From: a phage
Sequence record: PZ212788.1
Reading direction: 5' to 3' (one strand)
DNA length: 64,000 nucleotides
This document shows positions 1-11,157 of the stretch, in pieces (positions within the stretch are counted from its first letter, which is position 1; each line of letters begins with the position of its first letter). Made by a program: the position numbers and the translations under genes. A model generated the notes under the pieces. The model was not told the origin of the DNA. It searched no databases and saw only the letters and a list, made by a program, of their open reading frames with translations.

Positions 1-1794
1 TTGGACGGGGAAGAAATGTGGTGTGACGCTTGTTATCAACTCTACACCTTGACAGGTGAGGAAAAGTATTACACCGCGTTTAAACAGTCTTACAACAAAT
101 TGCTTAATTTCAGTGATATAAACGCCTACGACAAACTGTTTAGGAAGACCACGTTGATTAAGGCACCGTTTACAGATGGTACTTGCCTTGTTGCAGGAAC
201 AGTTCCTGCCATGAGCAGGGACAGTGACGGGTATATCAATTTTAGAATGAACGCACGCCAGCCTTGCGAAATAATTCAAAAAGGGACTACATACAAAATA
301 GGCAGAGATGCTGAAATTGTTATGAATTTCGGAGGAGAAGGGGTTCTGTTCCAGCCACATTTCATCCTTAATGATGGCAACAATAACAAAAAACAGTACA
401 GGATAGGGGTTCCTTTTGGAGGGGCAGAGGTAACAGAAATAGTTGCCAAGGTTACTGATTTCGTAGAGGTAGTTGGTAAAGACGGTAATCCGTATCTCTT
501 ACCTAAAGAGGAAAACATTGTCGTAAGCGGTGGCGCTAGTGTTAGTATGCAGTATGATACCGACATTTACAACCACTCTGACAACTTCACCCGTTGTAAT
601 ATAGCAAGAGGTAAAGTAACTTTCAATTTTGGGAGAGAGATTTCTTTAAACTCAGTAACTTATCGATCAGATGATGAGATGGTAAGGGTCAAATTTCTTG
701 ACAAAGATAGGTGGTTATGGTATGCTGATCTATATGCCACTAATGGACAATGGATAACAGAAACTCTTACTCTAGGAGATTTCAAACTAGATCCGACACA
801 ACCTCATCACACCGAAGAAGAGATTAAACCTTTCTTTGCTAATCCTAAGGGGCTCACCTCTGTAGATTTCAGCCTAAGCGACAGGCAGATAGGTAATGGC
901 TTGTTTGATCTGTACTGCGTAAACACGCTGCCGCAGTTCTATATTGCAGATAGGGATGCTTATCTGATCTGGTTTAGCGTATGGATGGCAAGCAAGACAG
1001 AATCAACCGCTAAGGTTGGTGATTGCTATGTCAGAAACTACAAGCAAGGTGCATACAGGCACACACCAGGTGTGTTCCCTGCCGGAAAGGTGATAGATAA
1101 GGAAAACTATCTCTTAGAGGAAAGGCCAAATTGGCCCTACCCTGGCATGCAATACCCAGCAGTCTACTGCATGGGTGCAGAAAACATAGATCGCCATAGA
1201 TTGTCAAATACAATAGGCTTTCTGTATGACTCTCAAGTCTGGTATAATAATACGTTTAAGACAGAGGGTCCAGTTGCCTCACGTTATGTATGGCAGAGAG
1301 GCAATGAAGGGTTGACTGGTTGGTGGGAGATGGTAGATAACTCTAAGCTCCAGTCAAGATCTTTTGTTGCTGCGTGCCGCACAATATATGAGCTCAAGAA
1401 ACATAAAGAACCTGTTGATGAAAGACTATTCCTGTTCTGCCAGAAATGGGCATGGTTCCTCAACAGATTCCAGTCATCTCATTCAGGAAATCTGCCTACA
1501 GACTTTAACACCTCTGGGGGATATTCTTATCAGGACAGAGGAGACAGGATGTGGGTGGTAGGTGAATGGCTTGCAGGTTGCTGCTGGCTAGGTCTGTGCG
1601 GGTATTCAGAGACAATACCTCAAATAGATATTGTTGTGGAAGCCTGTGTGAAGCTACTGCAAAAGCACCACTTCATTAATGGGGATAATATTTTAAACGG
1701 CTGCTGGGCAGTTTCTGATCCGGTAGGCTATCACTCTGGCGAAATCCTTCGCGGTCTGGGCCTTTATGCTCAATACCGTGGATTGTACCTTTAA
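1..1794 (+). CDS. Tail-associated structural protein, C-terminal 597 codons (5' end outside window)
   Basis: Open frame from window edge to TAA 1792-1794, directly upstream of and co-oriented with the tail fiber gene; no catalytic motif recognised. Confidence 0.5.
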   Translation: MDGEEMWCDACYQLYTLTGEEKYYTAFKQSYNKLLNFSDINAYDKLFRKTTLIKAPFTDGTCLVAGTVPAMSRDSDGYINFRMNARQPCEIIQKGTTYKIGRDAEIVMNFGGEGVLFQPHFILNDGNNNKKQYRIGVPFGGAEVTEIVAKVTDFVEVVGKDGNPYLLPKEENIVVSGGASVSMQYDTDIYNHSDNFTRCNIARGKVTFNFGREISLNSVTYRSDDEMVRVKFLDKDRWLWYADLYATNGQWITETLTLGDFKLDPTQPHHTEEEIKPFFANPKGLTSVDFSLSDRQIGNGLFDLYCVNTLPQFYIADRDAYLIWFSVWMASKTESTAKVGDCYVRNYKQGAYRHTPGVFPAGKVIDKENYLLEERPNWPYPGMQYPAVYCMGAENIDRHRLSNTIGFLYDSQVWYNNTFKTEGPVASRYVWQRGNEGLTGWWEMVDNSKLQSRSFVAACRTIYELKKHKEPVDERLFLFCQKWAWFLNRFQSSHSGNLPTDFNTSGGYSYQDRGDRMWVVGEWLAGCCWLGLCGYSETIPQIDIVVEACVKLLQKHHFINGDNILNGCWAVSDPVGYHSGEILRGLGLYAQYRGLYL

Positions 1795-1798
1795 CATA

Positions 1799-1819
1799 GG
1801 GGGCTGTTTGCCCCCTTTC
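1799..1819 (+). terminator. Terminator-like hairpin (weak)
   Basis: GGGGGC-TGTTT-GCCCCC stem-loop followed by TTTC, between upstream stop and RBS of next gene. Confidence 0.4.
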
Positions 1820-1829
1820 AGGAGAAAGA

Positions 1830-4800
1830 ATGGCTGATATTAAAGTTGTCAGAATTGAATCTCTTCCTGCCACTACCGCAGTGACAGAGGATGATTACCT
1901 GGTTGTTCAACAACCAGACCTGACTCGTCGTGTAAAAATTGGCGATGTTGTCCATGTGGATGGGACTGTTTCTCATGTAATCTCCTTTAAGGAAGGTGGT
2001 AAGTTAAACGGCCCAATGGATTTTGCCTACTTCGAAGAGGAAGACCTCTACCTGCGTTGGAAAGGCGAATTTCCACACACTGTTCCTGCACTGTCTTCAC
2101 CGTACTCCGATGGTGGGATTACTGACGCTGCATGGATGGTATATACAGATCCGTCCTTAAGGGAGGAGCTGGAATCTACTATTGGCGCATCTATGATCAT
2201 GACAGCCGAAGGGCAGTCTGTCCAGGATGTGATGGATGTTACGGTTCAGACAGCTAACGATGCTAAAGCACTTGCACAGCGGGTAGATTTTGGTACAGTA
2301 CATACTGTAGGCGATGTTATTCACCTTGTCAACTTTGTGGGTCCTGCAGTTATTGAGGAGGGAAGAACCACCAACTACCCTTCCGTAGCAGCTGGTGAAA
2401 GATTTCTGAACGGTGTGGTATCTCGTCGTGATACTACAACTGTTGATGGTATTTTCCGTGGCGCTACCACCGGAGCCATGTACACCATTGCAGTAACCAA
2501 CGGTGTAGCAACAACGAAAAGAATAGCACTTCGTGATGAATTTAAACGCCTAGAGGCAAACAACCCAACAAGAACAGTTATCCGTGCTGGAGATGATTTA
2601 AATACGGCAGGGTACTTGCAGCTTGATGCAACAGGCCGTTGGGGTATGTGGAACCAACAAACAGCTTCGTGGCAACCTCTTGCTATAGAGCAAGGCGGCA
2701 CAGGGGCTAGAGATGCCGCTGGAGTCCGTATCAATATCGGTGCTTTCTATAAGCAACGTGCAGCCCTTGAGCCAAATTTCAATATCAATAACTTGACTGG
2801 TAATCAGGATGGTGTATACTATCAGCCAATGACTGCTTATGCAACTGAGGCGAATGGTTACCCTGCAGGTTCTGGTGCGGGTCACTTGATTGTTTGGCAG
2901 AACAATGCTAACGGCGGTACAGGTTGTCGTCAGGAATACTATCCATTCTCTAACGTAGATGTTTGGTATTTGAGAACCTATCAGGCCAACACAAATCAGT
3001 GGACTGCATGGCAGCCGATGGTCAGACCTCGTAACGATGATACCTTCAGATCTCATATTGGCCTTGGTAAAAACAACTCGCCAGCCTTCGGGCACCTTTA
3101 CTTAGCTCAATACTCGGGAGATGTTAAATCGGCCTCAGGTATTCTCCATGGAGATAAATATAATACTGACGGTGTCCTTGAGCATGGATATAGGATCTAT
3201 TCTGAGGTAAGAAACGACAATAAGGCTTGGTTGACAATCCACCTGCACAAAGGCGCAAAAGGATCTGAAACTCATAGATATTTAGGCTTCCGTGAGGATG
3301 GGGTCTTAGATTGTCCTAAATATATGCAGGTTGGTGATCTGAACGGTCAGATGGCAAACTGGGGACTTGGAGAATGGATCCGCAGTTCAGGAGCAGAAAG
3401 AGGTTTCTGGGGATCTAAGAAAGCCGCCAAGATGGTCATCTGGGATGGCGGTATGGACGAGCAAGGTGAAGGAACGCTTGAGTGGGGTGTTTATAACAAC
3501 CGGAAAGCCAAATGGGAACCACTACCGATAGCTTGTGGTGGTACCAGTGCCAGGACTGTAGGGGATGCTCAAGCACAATTCAGAATCCCTCTGGCAGCAG
3601 GTGCTAGACCATATGTAAACCTGCCTAGAACTGCAGCTATGCAGGACGGTAAGTATTATCCTATTATCGTCAGAACTGACCCCAACTTTGCAGCAACTAT
3701 CGGGACAGATTTAACCATTGTCACCAGATCTTCTTCTGGCGGCGACCCAATGAACTGTGCTACACTACAGTGTCACTACAGAACTGGTGGCTGGACAGAC
3801 AGAGGTGATTCTTTCCAAGGGGTTATTAATTTCTACCAAAACGAGAAAGCAATCCTCGGATGTGTATCTCCAACCAGAGGTAAGCAGGAGTATGTTGCAT
3901 TCTATGTAGAGGCACGTGCATTCCCTGTTACAGTATATGCTGGCGCTACTGTAATAGAAGTGTCAACCAGGGAGGCTGATTGGCAGGTAGGCAACGTGAC
4001 AGGTAACCAAGATGGTGTCAAGTTCTGTGCTCCTCTGGAATCTGCAGATTTGAGTCTTGCAATCAAAGGTGATGATGTAACAAACACCAGACCTCTGGTT
4101 GAGTTCAAAGGAACATCAGGTTTCTACACTGGTGGTGGAACTATGTGGCACTACCTGGGGACTCCTGAACGCTATGCAGTGATGAGCAAAATGAACATGC
4201 CTAAAGTCGAGCTTTGGGCAGACGGTATTGACTACATTTGTCCTGGTAGTCAGACCACTAGAAAAGCACTGTTCTCTAACGCAGGGTTCCAAGCTGCATC
4301 GGAAGGAACAGAGGATCTGATCAACAACACCTTTACCTCTAAATGTGGTAATGGTGCAAGACTGCAAGGCCAGGCAGAGTTCAGATCTACTCCGGAAGCT
4401 GGTCAAGTTATCGTTCGCGATGTTGTAGGTACAGCTCATAAGTTCTACAATTTCAACAAAGACGGCACATTTTTCCCTCCTGGAGGCTATGTTTGCCAGA
4501 CAGGTGCTGACTGGAACAATCAGTTTGGTAATACAAACCCCTCCAAGATAATGGCTGGCAATGTCAACGGGCCGGAAGGTTCGATGGTTGTTGGTGGACT
4601 GTCTGTGGCGTTTTCTGGAAACTATGCTTTCCAAATGGCTGGTCGCCTTGATCAGTTATACACTAGGTCTATCGAAGGTGGTAACCATAGGGCATGGAAC
4701 AAGGTTATTCAGCACCGTGGTCAAGGTCTGGGGACAGAAGACCTTAATGCCTACGATGGTAGCCGTGAAGGTTTCTATCACCAGGGTTCAAACGCTGACG

Positions 4801-5642
4801 CACTTGTAACAGATCGTCACTACCCTGCTCCGTACGCTGGTACACTGCTTGTTTACAAAAACACAGCTAACAGACCTCAAGGTTGTGTGCAGGAATATAT
4901 CACCTATTTTGGTGACAGATATACTCGTGCTGGTAACTACGTTGGCGATGTCTTTACTTGGGAAGAATGGAGACACGATGCTGGTAAGGGCATCCAGTTA
5001 AGACCTAATTACACTTTTGGTGAAACCAGTAATCAACTGGAAATTCATATCGGTGCTAATGGTCTTCCCTCCAACGCAGATGGCTTACCTAAGGATGATG
5101 CTGTACTCCATTATTGGGGTAACGGCAGCACAGGGGATCGTCCAAACGTGTTAGAGTTTAAGGTTCGTGACGAGTCTCAAGCAAATTGGGTATGGCATTG
5201 CGGTACCTTGCCGGATAAATCAAGATATCTTTCTGTAAACGGTGCTGTGAATTGCACATCTGTCAATCAGAGTTCTGACAGAGACCTGAAAGATAACATA
5301 GCTGTTATTCCTGATGCGTTAGAAGCTATCCGGAAGATGAAGGGTTATACTTACACTCTTAAAGAGAACGGTATGCCTTATGCAGGTGTTATAGCACAAG
5401 AGGTGCTTGAAGCGCTGCCGGAAGCAGTTAGCTCTTTCGTGCAAAGAAAGGAAATCCCAAACCCTGATCAGGATGGAACTCCTTTAGTAACAGAGGAAAG
5501 ATTCTACAGCGTGGATTACGCAGCCGTAACAGGCTTGCTTGTCCAGGTTTGCAGGGAACAGGACGATAAAATAACCGCCCTTGAGGAGCAGGTTAAAAAA
5601 TTGACAGAGGTTGTTACTGGGTTGCAAGAGAAACTTAAGTAA
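1830..5642 (+). CDS. Long tail fiber protein (1270 aa) with C-terminal intramolecular chaperone / S74-type self-cleaving domain
   Basis: RBS AGGAGA upstream of ATG; C-terminal SDRDLKDNIAVIPDALEAIRKMKGYTYTL plus coiled coil is the hallmark of autoproteolytic fiber chaperone domains; internal GGTGARDAAG and GGTSARTVGDA fiber repeats. Confidence 0.85.
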   Translation: MADIKVVRIESLPATTAVTEDDYLVVQQPDLTRRVKIGDVVHVDGTVSHVISFKEGGKLNGPMDFAYFEEEDLYLRWKGEFPHTVPALSSPYSDGGITDAAWMVYTDPSLREELESTIGASMIMTAEGQSVQDVMDVTVQTANDAKALAQRVDFGTVHTVGDVIHLVNFVGPAVIEEGRTTNYPSVAAGERFLNGVVSRRDTTTVDGIFRGATTGAMYTIAVTNGVATTKRIALRDEFKRLEANNPTRTVIRAGDDLNTAGYLQLDATGRWGMWNQQTASWQPLAIEQGGTGARDAAGVRINIGAFYKQRAALEPNFNINNLTGNQDGVYYQPMTAYATEANGYPAGSGAGHLIVWQNNANGGTGCRQEYYPFSNVDVWYLRTYQANTNQWTAWQPMVRPRNDDTFRSHIGLGKNNSPAFGHLYLAQYSGDVKSASGILHGDKYNTDGVLEHGYRIYSEVRNDNKAWLTIHLHKGAKGSETHRYLGFREDGVLDCPKYMQVGDLNGQMANWGLGEWIRSSGAERGFWGSKKAAKMVIWDGGMDEQGEGTLEWGVYNNRKAKWEPLPIACGGTSARTVGDAQAQFRIPLAAGARPYVNLPRTAAMQDGKYYPIIVRTDPNFAATIGTDLTIVTRSSSGGDPMNCATLQCHYRTGGWTDRGDSFQGVINFYQNEKAILGCVSPTRGKQEYVAFYVEARAFPVTVYAGATVIEVSTREADWQVGNVTGNQDGVKFCAPLESADLSLAIKGDDVTNTRPLVEFKGTSGFYTGGGTMWHYLGTPERYAVMSKMNMPKVELWADGIDYICPGSQTTRKALFSNAGFQAASEGTEDLINNTFTSKCGNGARLQGQAEFRSTPEAGQVIVRDVVGTAHKFYNFNKDGTFFPPGGYVCQTGADWNNQFGNTNPSKIMAGNVNGPEGSMVVGGLSVAFSGNYAFQMAGRLDQLYTRSIEGGNHRAWNKVIQHRGQGLGTEDLNAYDGSREGFYHQGSNADALVTDRHYPAPYAGTLLVYKNTANRPQGCVQEYITYFGDRYTRAGNYVGDVFTWEEWRHDAGKGIQLRPNYTFGETSNQLEIHIGANGLPSNADGLPKDDAVLHYWGNGSTGDRPNVLEFKVRDESQANWVWHCGTLPDKSRYLSVNGAVNCTSVNQSSDRDLKDNIAVIPDALEAIRKMKGYTYTLKENGMPYAGVIAQEVLEALPEAVSSFVQRKEIPNPDQDGTPLVTEERFYSVDYAAVTGLLVQVCREQDDKITALEEQVKKLTEVVTGLQEKLK

Positions 5643-5649
5643 CTGTTTT

Positions 5650-5680
5650 GCCCTCGCTTCGGCGGGGGCTTTTTGTTTGT
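5650..5680 (+). terminator. Rho-independent terminator
   Basis: GCCCTCGC-TTCG-GCGGGGGC stem-loop followed by TTTTTGTTTGT. Confidence 0.8.
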
Positions 5681-5681
5681 A

Positions 5682-5710
5682 TTGCGTATTAACTCAAAAT
5701 CTGGTAAAAT
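5682..5710 (+). promoter_or_regulatory. Sigma70-type promoter
   Basis: -35 TTGCGT, 17-nt spacer, -10 TAAAAT (TGG immediately upstream); about 30 nt before ATG 5742. Confidence 0.55.
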
Positions 5711-5741
5711 AGCTATCATGATTGTTTAACCTGGAGGCACA

Positions 5742-6332
5742 ATGTTTTTATGGGAAAGGCCTAGATACCTTCCAGATATTAGATTAGAGCTGCTGGCAGA
5801 TATTGTTACGTTTAAAAGTCCGTTTACAGGTAAAACGCAAAAAGTAACCTATGCCACACCTAACTGGAAAGGCACTTTGACGGTCTCCAATATCAGCGAA
5901 TCCCAGTTGCTAGAGCTTAAGAGCTTTGTTGATCAGGTGTATAAAGATGGGAACATCTTTCTCATTAAAACTTACGGTCACTCAGTAACAGCTAATGAGC
6001 CAATCGCCCTTGGGCCTACTGGTAACGACGATTTTTTGAAGACGGTCGGGTGGGAGCCAAACAGAGACATAGCCAGAGCTGGAGATAAAATATCTGTCAA
6101 TGATGAATTGAAAGTGGTAACAGCTCCAGTGCGTAGTGATGGTGTTGGGTCTGCTGTTATAGGCATATCTCCAAGACTTAGAAAACCTATTGCCGCAGGG
6201 GACACCATGAAGATAATAACTCAATCTCCGAAGGGTAGGTTTCATATCAGAGATATTTATAAAATTAAGCAAAAAGTCGATGCTATGCAAAAAGGTGATA
6301 ATATAGTTATCAACTTCTTTGAGGATTTCTAA
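5742..6332 (+). CDS. Minor tail/baseplate protein, hypothetical (196 aa)
   Basis: RBS GGAGG; weak resemblance of KGTLTVSNISESQLLELKSFV to lambda gpM from memory; position in tail module. Confidence 0.4.
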   Translation: MFLWERPRYLPDIRLELLADIVTFKSPFTGKTQKVTYATPNWKGTLTVSNISESQLLELKSFVDQVYKDGNIFLIKTYGHSVTANEPIALGPTGNDDFLKTVGWEPNRDIARAGDKISVNDELKVVTAPVRSDGVGSAVIGISPRLRKPIAAGDTMKIITQSPKGRFHIRDIYKIKQKVDAMQKGDNIVINFFEDF

Positions 6333-6333
6333 G

Positions 6334-6885
6334 ATGATCAGAGCGCCATTAGATAATTTATTTCTTGAAAAGCTGGAGCTTGATGGTGTTGAGATCTTAA
6401 TTGCTGCAAAGCTGGAGCTACCGACAGGAACTGTCAGGGTGTGCTCAGGCACTGGTGTTGTAGTAATTGAGGGGCAACATTTTATAGGGATAGGTGGATC
6501 AGCAACATTGACCGCTGTGTCTGAGAAAGATGCCACCAACTTCGGATCTGTGGTAGCAACATTGAACGGGTTTGATCCTAAGTATGTAGGTGATCTGCTG
6601 AAGACGGAGTATTCTGGTTGTCGTGCCACGTTGTACATTACCGCTATGGAGAATGGTTTGCCTGTTACAACTAATGGCTTGTTTGACGGACTTATAACAG
6701 ATATGGCTATTCAGACAGGCGAGAATAGTGCTTTGTCCATATCCATCTCTTCCATCTTCAACAGCTGGTTAAGAGGTTTTCCTTATCGGTACACGGAGGA
6801 AAGCCACAGCTCAAGAAACGATAACGACAGATTTTTTAAATATGTGGATCAGGTGGCGAGCCGCCCGATCATTTGGGAGGTTTAA
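6334..6885 (+). CDS. Tail/baseplate component, hypothetical (183 aa)
   Basis: ATG 6334 with RBS GAGGA chosen over ORF-track TTG 6319; stop overlaps next start (TAATG). Confidence 0.45.
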   Translation: MIRAPLDNLFLEKLELDGVEILIAAKLELPTGTVRVCSGTGVVVIEGQHFIGIGGSATLTAVSEKDATNFGSVVATLNGFDPKYVGDLLKTEYSGCRATLYITAMENGLPVTTNGLFDGLITDMAIQTGENSALSISISSIFNSWLRGFPYRYTEESHSSRNDNDRFFKYVDQVASRPIIWEV

Positions 6886-7310
6886 TGAGCACACACCCTC
6901 GTTTAGTGGATTGGCAAGAAAGATTGTGGAAAGTGTTTGACGAAGAGGCCACCATACCTTTTGAATGGGGATTCCACGATTGTTGCACCTTTGCAGCTAA
7001 GTGTGTTGATGCCCAATACGGAACAGATTTTCTTTCTAACTTTGAAGGAACGTATAAAACAGAGTTGGAAAGCAAGAGATGGTGCATGCTTCATTTCAAA
7101 ACCACACATCTGCCCACTATTTTTGATTTCTTTATGACTCGACTGGACACTCCTAAACAGGTTCAGCGTGGTGATATTGTTATTTTCGAAGGCCTGAACG
7201 GGCTCACCGCTGGTGTGTTCTGGAACAACCAGATTTGGGCGAAAGGGGATAAAGGGGTCTTTATGTTCGACATGAAAGATTCTATCGTTGTTGATGTCTG
7301 GAGGTATTAA
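6885..7310 (+). CDS. Tail tip assembly protein, NlpC/P60-like (lambda gpK-like)
   Basis: ATG 6885 with RBS GGGAGG; motifs FHDCCTF and GDIVIFEG...AGVF resemble Cys peptidase tail proteins; lies immediately before J-like gene. Confidence 0.4.
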   Translation: MSTHPRLVDWQERLWKVFDEEATIPFEWGFHDCCTFAAKCVDAQYGTDFLSNFEGTYKTELESKRWCMLHFKTTHLPTIFDFFMTRLDTPKQVQRGDIVIFEGLNGLTAGVFWNNQIWAKGDKGVFMFDMKDSIVVDVWRY

Positions 7311-10300
7311 TGCCAATTGCAATGATTGATAACATCGTTGCTTCTGCAAGATCTTCAAGTTATGACTGGAACGCATCCAAGGCAGCTCTGGCTGACAGCC
7401 TGAACACTGTTACCACCAGAACTCTGGATAAGATTTTTGAGGGCAACAAATCTTACAGAAGTCAGCAAGATAGACAAAAGCTTCTCAGATCTTCTGCTGC
7501 ACCTTGCTCTGTAGTGTATGGGAAGACACGCACATCTGGATTACTTGCGTTTTTGGAGCAGGACAGGGACAGGACCCTCCATTGTGCTATTGTTCTTGCC
7601 AATCATCCCCTGGAAGGTATAGAAGATATACTCATCGACGGTAATCCTATTTCCTCGTATGGAGATTTGATATCGTGGGAGCTACATAACGACAGAAAAA
7701 CATCTGATCCTTTCATGGGTACACACTGCCCGTCGTGGTCACCAGACATGATAGGTAGAGGGATCAGTTGGCTACGTGCCAGCTTCAGGTTTGACCCTAA
7801 CAAGTTCCCTTTTGGGTTGCCAAACGTTACACTCGTCAAGGTTGGTAAAAAATGCTATGATCCTCGTATCAGTAAAGAGGTGTATACCAATAACGCGGCC
7901 TTGGTGATTCTAGACTATTTAAGAACGTACCTTAAATGTCCTGACGAAACCATCAACTGGGAGTCCTTCAAGGAGGCTGCTAACATATGCGATGAGGCGG
8001 TAAGAAACGCGGACGGAACTAGTGAGCGCCGTTACACCATTAATGGTGAGTTCGATATGGATGAGGCCCCAGCAAGTATTATGGCAGAAATGCTGAAAGC
8101 TTGTGGTGCAGATCTCAGCTATGTAGCTGGTAAGTATGGACTGCTGGTAGGTGCATATTATGGTCCGGCAACAATGACACTGAGTGAGGACTGTGTCTGT
8201 GGTGAGGTTAAGATCTATCCGGAAGCCTCGTTTGACAAAAGATCCAACACAATAACTGGCAGATTCACCAGTCCGACTAAAGGGTATTCTGAAACAGATT
8301 TTCCATCAGTATTTGTCCCAGAGTGGATAGAGAAGGATGGAGAAAGAAAGATAATCGATATAGACTACCGCTTTGTTACCAGTCCTTACCAAGCTCAGCG
8401 TGTTTCTGCAATCTTCTTAAGACGTGCTAGAGCTGGCAGGATTATTGAAGTCACCTGCAATATGCGAGGTTTTAAATTTAAGCCTGGTAGTTACGTTACA
8501 ATGGACCTTCCAAGTATTGGTATAGTGGGCCAAGAAATGAGGGTTCTTGAGTGGGAGTTCACTAAAAAGGGTGGTGTTAAGGTAAAACTTCGCCAAGATG
8601 CTAAAGAGTGGAATGATGCCACAGGGCAACTTCCTGATTCCGGCGATGTAGATATTCCGATATCCCCGTCCGGTGTAGCTCAACCGCAAAACTTCAGATA
8701 CTCCGTTCTCCAAGCTGGGGAAGTAACTCACGGTGTTTTGGCTTGGGACAACGTTGGAACTTACGCTCAAAATATTGTGCAGGTAAGAAAGAACGGAGAG
8801 ATTGTTTGGACAGCACAGACAGTTGAGCAGTTTGTCCGAGTAGAAGGCTTGACCAAAGGGTCATACACAGCAACCGTGGTTGCAACATCTTATAAAGGTG
8901 GTGTATCTCCAGAAGCCTACTGCGAGTTCAACATTCAAGCACCTGAAGCTCCTGTTTCTGTAGAAGTTAAGCAGGGATACTTTGCTATCACCTTGATTCC
9001 GCATAGTAGGGATTTAGCAAGTGTTAGCACCCAGTATGACTTTTGGACATCCGGTATGACAAGGTTGCCAGACACCAGTGATGCAACCGTTACTTCAAAA
9101 GCCACCCGTATGGGTGTTGGTTCAACTTGGACATCTGAAGGTCTGCAGAACGATAAGATTTATTATTGGTATATTAGAACCACAAACGCTTTTGGTAGTT
9201 CTCAGTTTGTAGAATGCGCTGCACGCTGCTACACCTCTATTGAGGATTTGATGCCTCAGATAGATGCTGAATTCAAAAAGACAGAAACTTATAAAGAGTT
9301 GATGAGTACTTTGGATTCCTCTATTGAAGAGGTTGAAAATCGTGTCACAGAACTTAACAGGTACATGGATGGTAGGGTAGATGAAGCGTTCCAGCAACTT
9401 GGGGACAGAATAGGTGCGGTAGTTACAGAAACAACTCAGAAGTTTGAAGATGTCAATGGTAACATTACAGCGCTGGATAGGAAACTTGTTGCTGCACAGA
9501 ACAAATTCACCAACGATCTGAACACTGAAAGTGGCAGACTGGCATCTCTGATCGAGACAACCAATAAAGCAACTACTGATCTTCTGAACAAAAAGACAGA
9601 GGCTTTAGATGAGAAATTGGTTGCCGCCAAAGGTGAGCTGGTAGAGCAGATAGAGGGAGTTGAGAGCGGGTATTTAGCCGGAGATAAAACTCTGGATGGT
9701 AAGATCAATACTCAGAGAACAGAACTTGACGCAAGCATCTTGAGCACTAACCAGGCAACTGTGGATCTTTTGAACAGGACATCTGAAACTCTGGATCAAA
9801 AGATCAGTCAGACAAACGCGACGGTATCTAAAAACTATACCACCCTGGATGGCAAGATAACCACCGCAAAAACTGACCTCAACACCTTGATTGCCAATAC
9901 CAACAAGGCCACCACTGACTTGTTGAATCAGAAAACATCTGCACTGTCAGAGCAGATAACTTCTGCACGTGGGGAGATTTCTACCAACAAGCAGGCGATT
10001 GATGCTTTGGATGGAAAACTGACTTCCACAAAAACAGCGCTGGATGCTACAATTTCCGATACCAACAAAGCTACTGTGGACCTTATCAACGGCACAGCGT
10101 CAGCTATTCGTCAAGAACTTGCTGTTGCTAAGCAGGAGATCATTGATGATGTTGGGGATGTGTCCGAAATCAGGGCTGCAGTAGCTACAACATCTAAGGC
10201 TGTAACCGACTTAGAGGGTAAAGTAAATGCTCAATGGGGCACAAAAATACAGGTAGACTCCGCAGGGAATAAATATGTTGCAGGTATCCAGTTGGGGATG

Positions 10301-11149
10301 GAAGGGTCTGGAGGCCAAGTTCAATCCTACTTCATGGTTAGTGCAAACAATTTTGCGGTATACAACCCTGGAAATGGAACAGCAACCCTTGCTTTCGCAA
10401 TCAAGAACAACCAAGCGTTCTTGAAAGATGCTTTTATAGAGAACGGGACGATTTCATCTGCCAAGATCGCACAAGAAATTTCGTCAAACAACTACGATGG
10501 CAACGGGTACCATAAATACGGTTGGTATATTAACAAGAACGGGCACGCCCAATTTATGGATGTATGGGTGAAAGGCAACATCAACGCCAGTTCTGGTAAC
10601 TTCACAGGGGCAGTTAACGCCACTAGTGGTACCTTCCGTGGGGATGTTTATGCCAATAATGGTAGCTTTAGGGGCACCATAGATGCAACTGGAGGTACCT
10701 TCCGTGGACGTGTAGAAGCTTCCGTTATCCGTGCTAACCAGTTCGAAGGTGCAATCGTTGCACATAGGACCTACGGTGACTGTTCTCCAGTGTACAACTC
10801 GCAGCAAAGGGTTTGCCGTTGGAGGTGGAGATATGTGGACAACGTGCAAGGCCAAGGTAAGAACGTAACATTCTTCTTTAAACTGAATGGTACTCTTGCC
10901 AGCTCACAACTGAATGCATGGATAGCTGGTCATCAGATCCTTGCTGGCAAGAAGTATTTTAACGACAACAACGGCATGTGTGCGGTAGGGATAACAGGTC
11001 TGGGTGAACAAACTATAGACATTGTTATCGAGATTTACACACCGTGGTCAACGTCTAGCGTGACAGGTGTCACAATCTCCTGTCCTACTGTGATCGTTAG
11101 TCGTTCTAACTCAAGCTTCCAGGGACCTTGGAACGAGTCTCACGACTAA
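7310..11149 (+). CDS. Central tail fiber / host specificity protein J-like (1279 aa)
   Basis: Segments FDFWTSGM...YYWYIRTTNAFGSSQFVECAARC and KYVAGIQLGMEG...FMVSANNFAVYNPGNGT match recalled lambda gpJ regions; FN3-like central part. Confidence 0.8.
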   Translation: MPIAMIDNIVASARSSSYDWNASKAALADSLNTVTTRTLDKIFEGNKSYRSQQDRQKLLRSSAAPCSVVYGKTRTSGLLAFLEQDRDRTLHCAIVLANHPLEGIEDILIDGNPISSYGDLISWELHNDRKTSDPFMGTHCPSWSPDMIGRGISWLRASFRFDPNKFPFGLPNVTLVKVGKKCYDPRISKEVYTNNAALVILDYLRTYLKCPDETINWESFKEAANICDEAVRNADGTSERRYTINGEFDMDEAPASIMAEMLKACGADLSYVAGKYGLLVGAYYGPATMTLSEDCVCGEVKIYPEASFDKRSNTITGRFTSPTKGYSETDFPSVFVPEWIEKDGERKIIDIDYRFVTSPYQAQRVSAIFLRRARAGRIIEVTCNMRGFKFKPGSYVTMDLPSIGIVGQEMRVLEWEFTKKGGVKVKLRQDAKEWNDATGQLPDSGDVDIPISPSGVAQPQNFRYSVLQAGEVTHGVLAWDNVGTYAQNIVQVRKNGEIVWTAQTVEQFVRVEGLTKGSYTATVVATSYKGGVSPEAYCEFNIQAPEAPVSVEVKQGYFAITLIPHSRDLASVSTQYDFWTSGMTRLPDTSDATVTSKATRMGVGSTWTSEGLQNDKIYYWYIRTTNAFGSSQFVECAARCYTSIEDLMPQIDAEFKKTETYKELMSTLDSSIEEVENRVTELNRYMDGRVDEAFQQLGDRIGAVVTETTQKFEDVNGNITALDRKLVAAQNKFTNDLNTESGRLASLIETTNKATTDLLNKKTEALDEKLVAAKGELVEQIEGVESGYLAGDKTLDGKINTQRTELDASILSTNQATVDLLNRTSETLDQKISQTNATVSKNYTTLDGKITTAKTDLNTLIANTNKATTDLLNQKTSALSEQITSARGEISTNKQAIDALDGKLTSTKTALDATISDTNKATVDLINGTASAIRQELAVAKQEIIDDVGDVSEIRAAVATTSKAVTDLEGKVNAQWGTKIQVDSAGNKYVAGIQLGMEGSGGQVQSYFMVSANNFAVYNPGNGTATLAFAIKNNQAFLKDAFIENGTISSAKIAQEISSNNYDGNGYHKYGWYINKNGHAQFMDVWVKGNINASSGNFTGAVNATSGTFRGDVYANNGSFRGTIDATGGTFRGRVEASVIRANQFEGAIVAHRTYGDCSPVYNSQQRVCRWRWRYVDNVQGQGKNVTFFFKLNGTLASSQLNAWIAGHQILAGKKYFNDNNGMCAVGITGLGEQTIDIVIEIYTPWSTSSVTGVTISCPTVIVSRSNSSFQGPWNESHD

Positions 11150-11157
11150 CCTTTAAA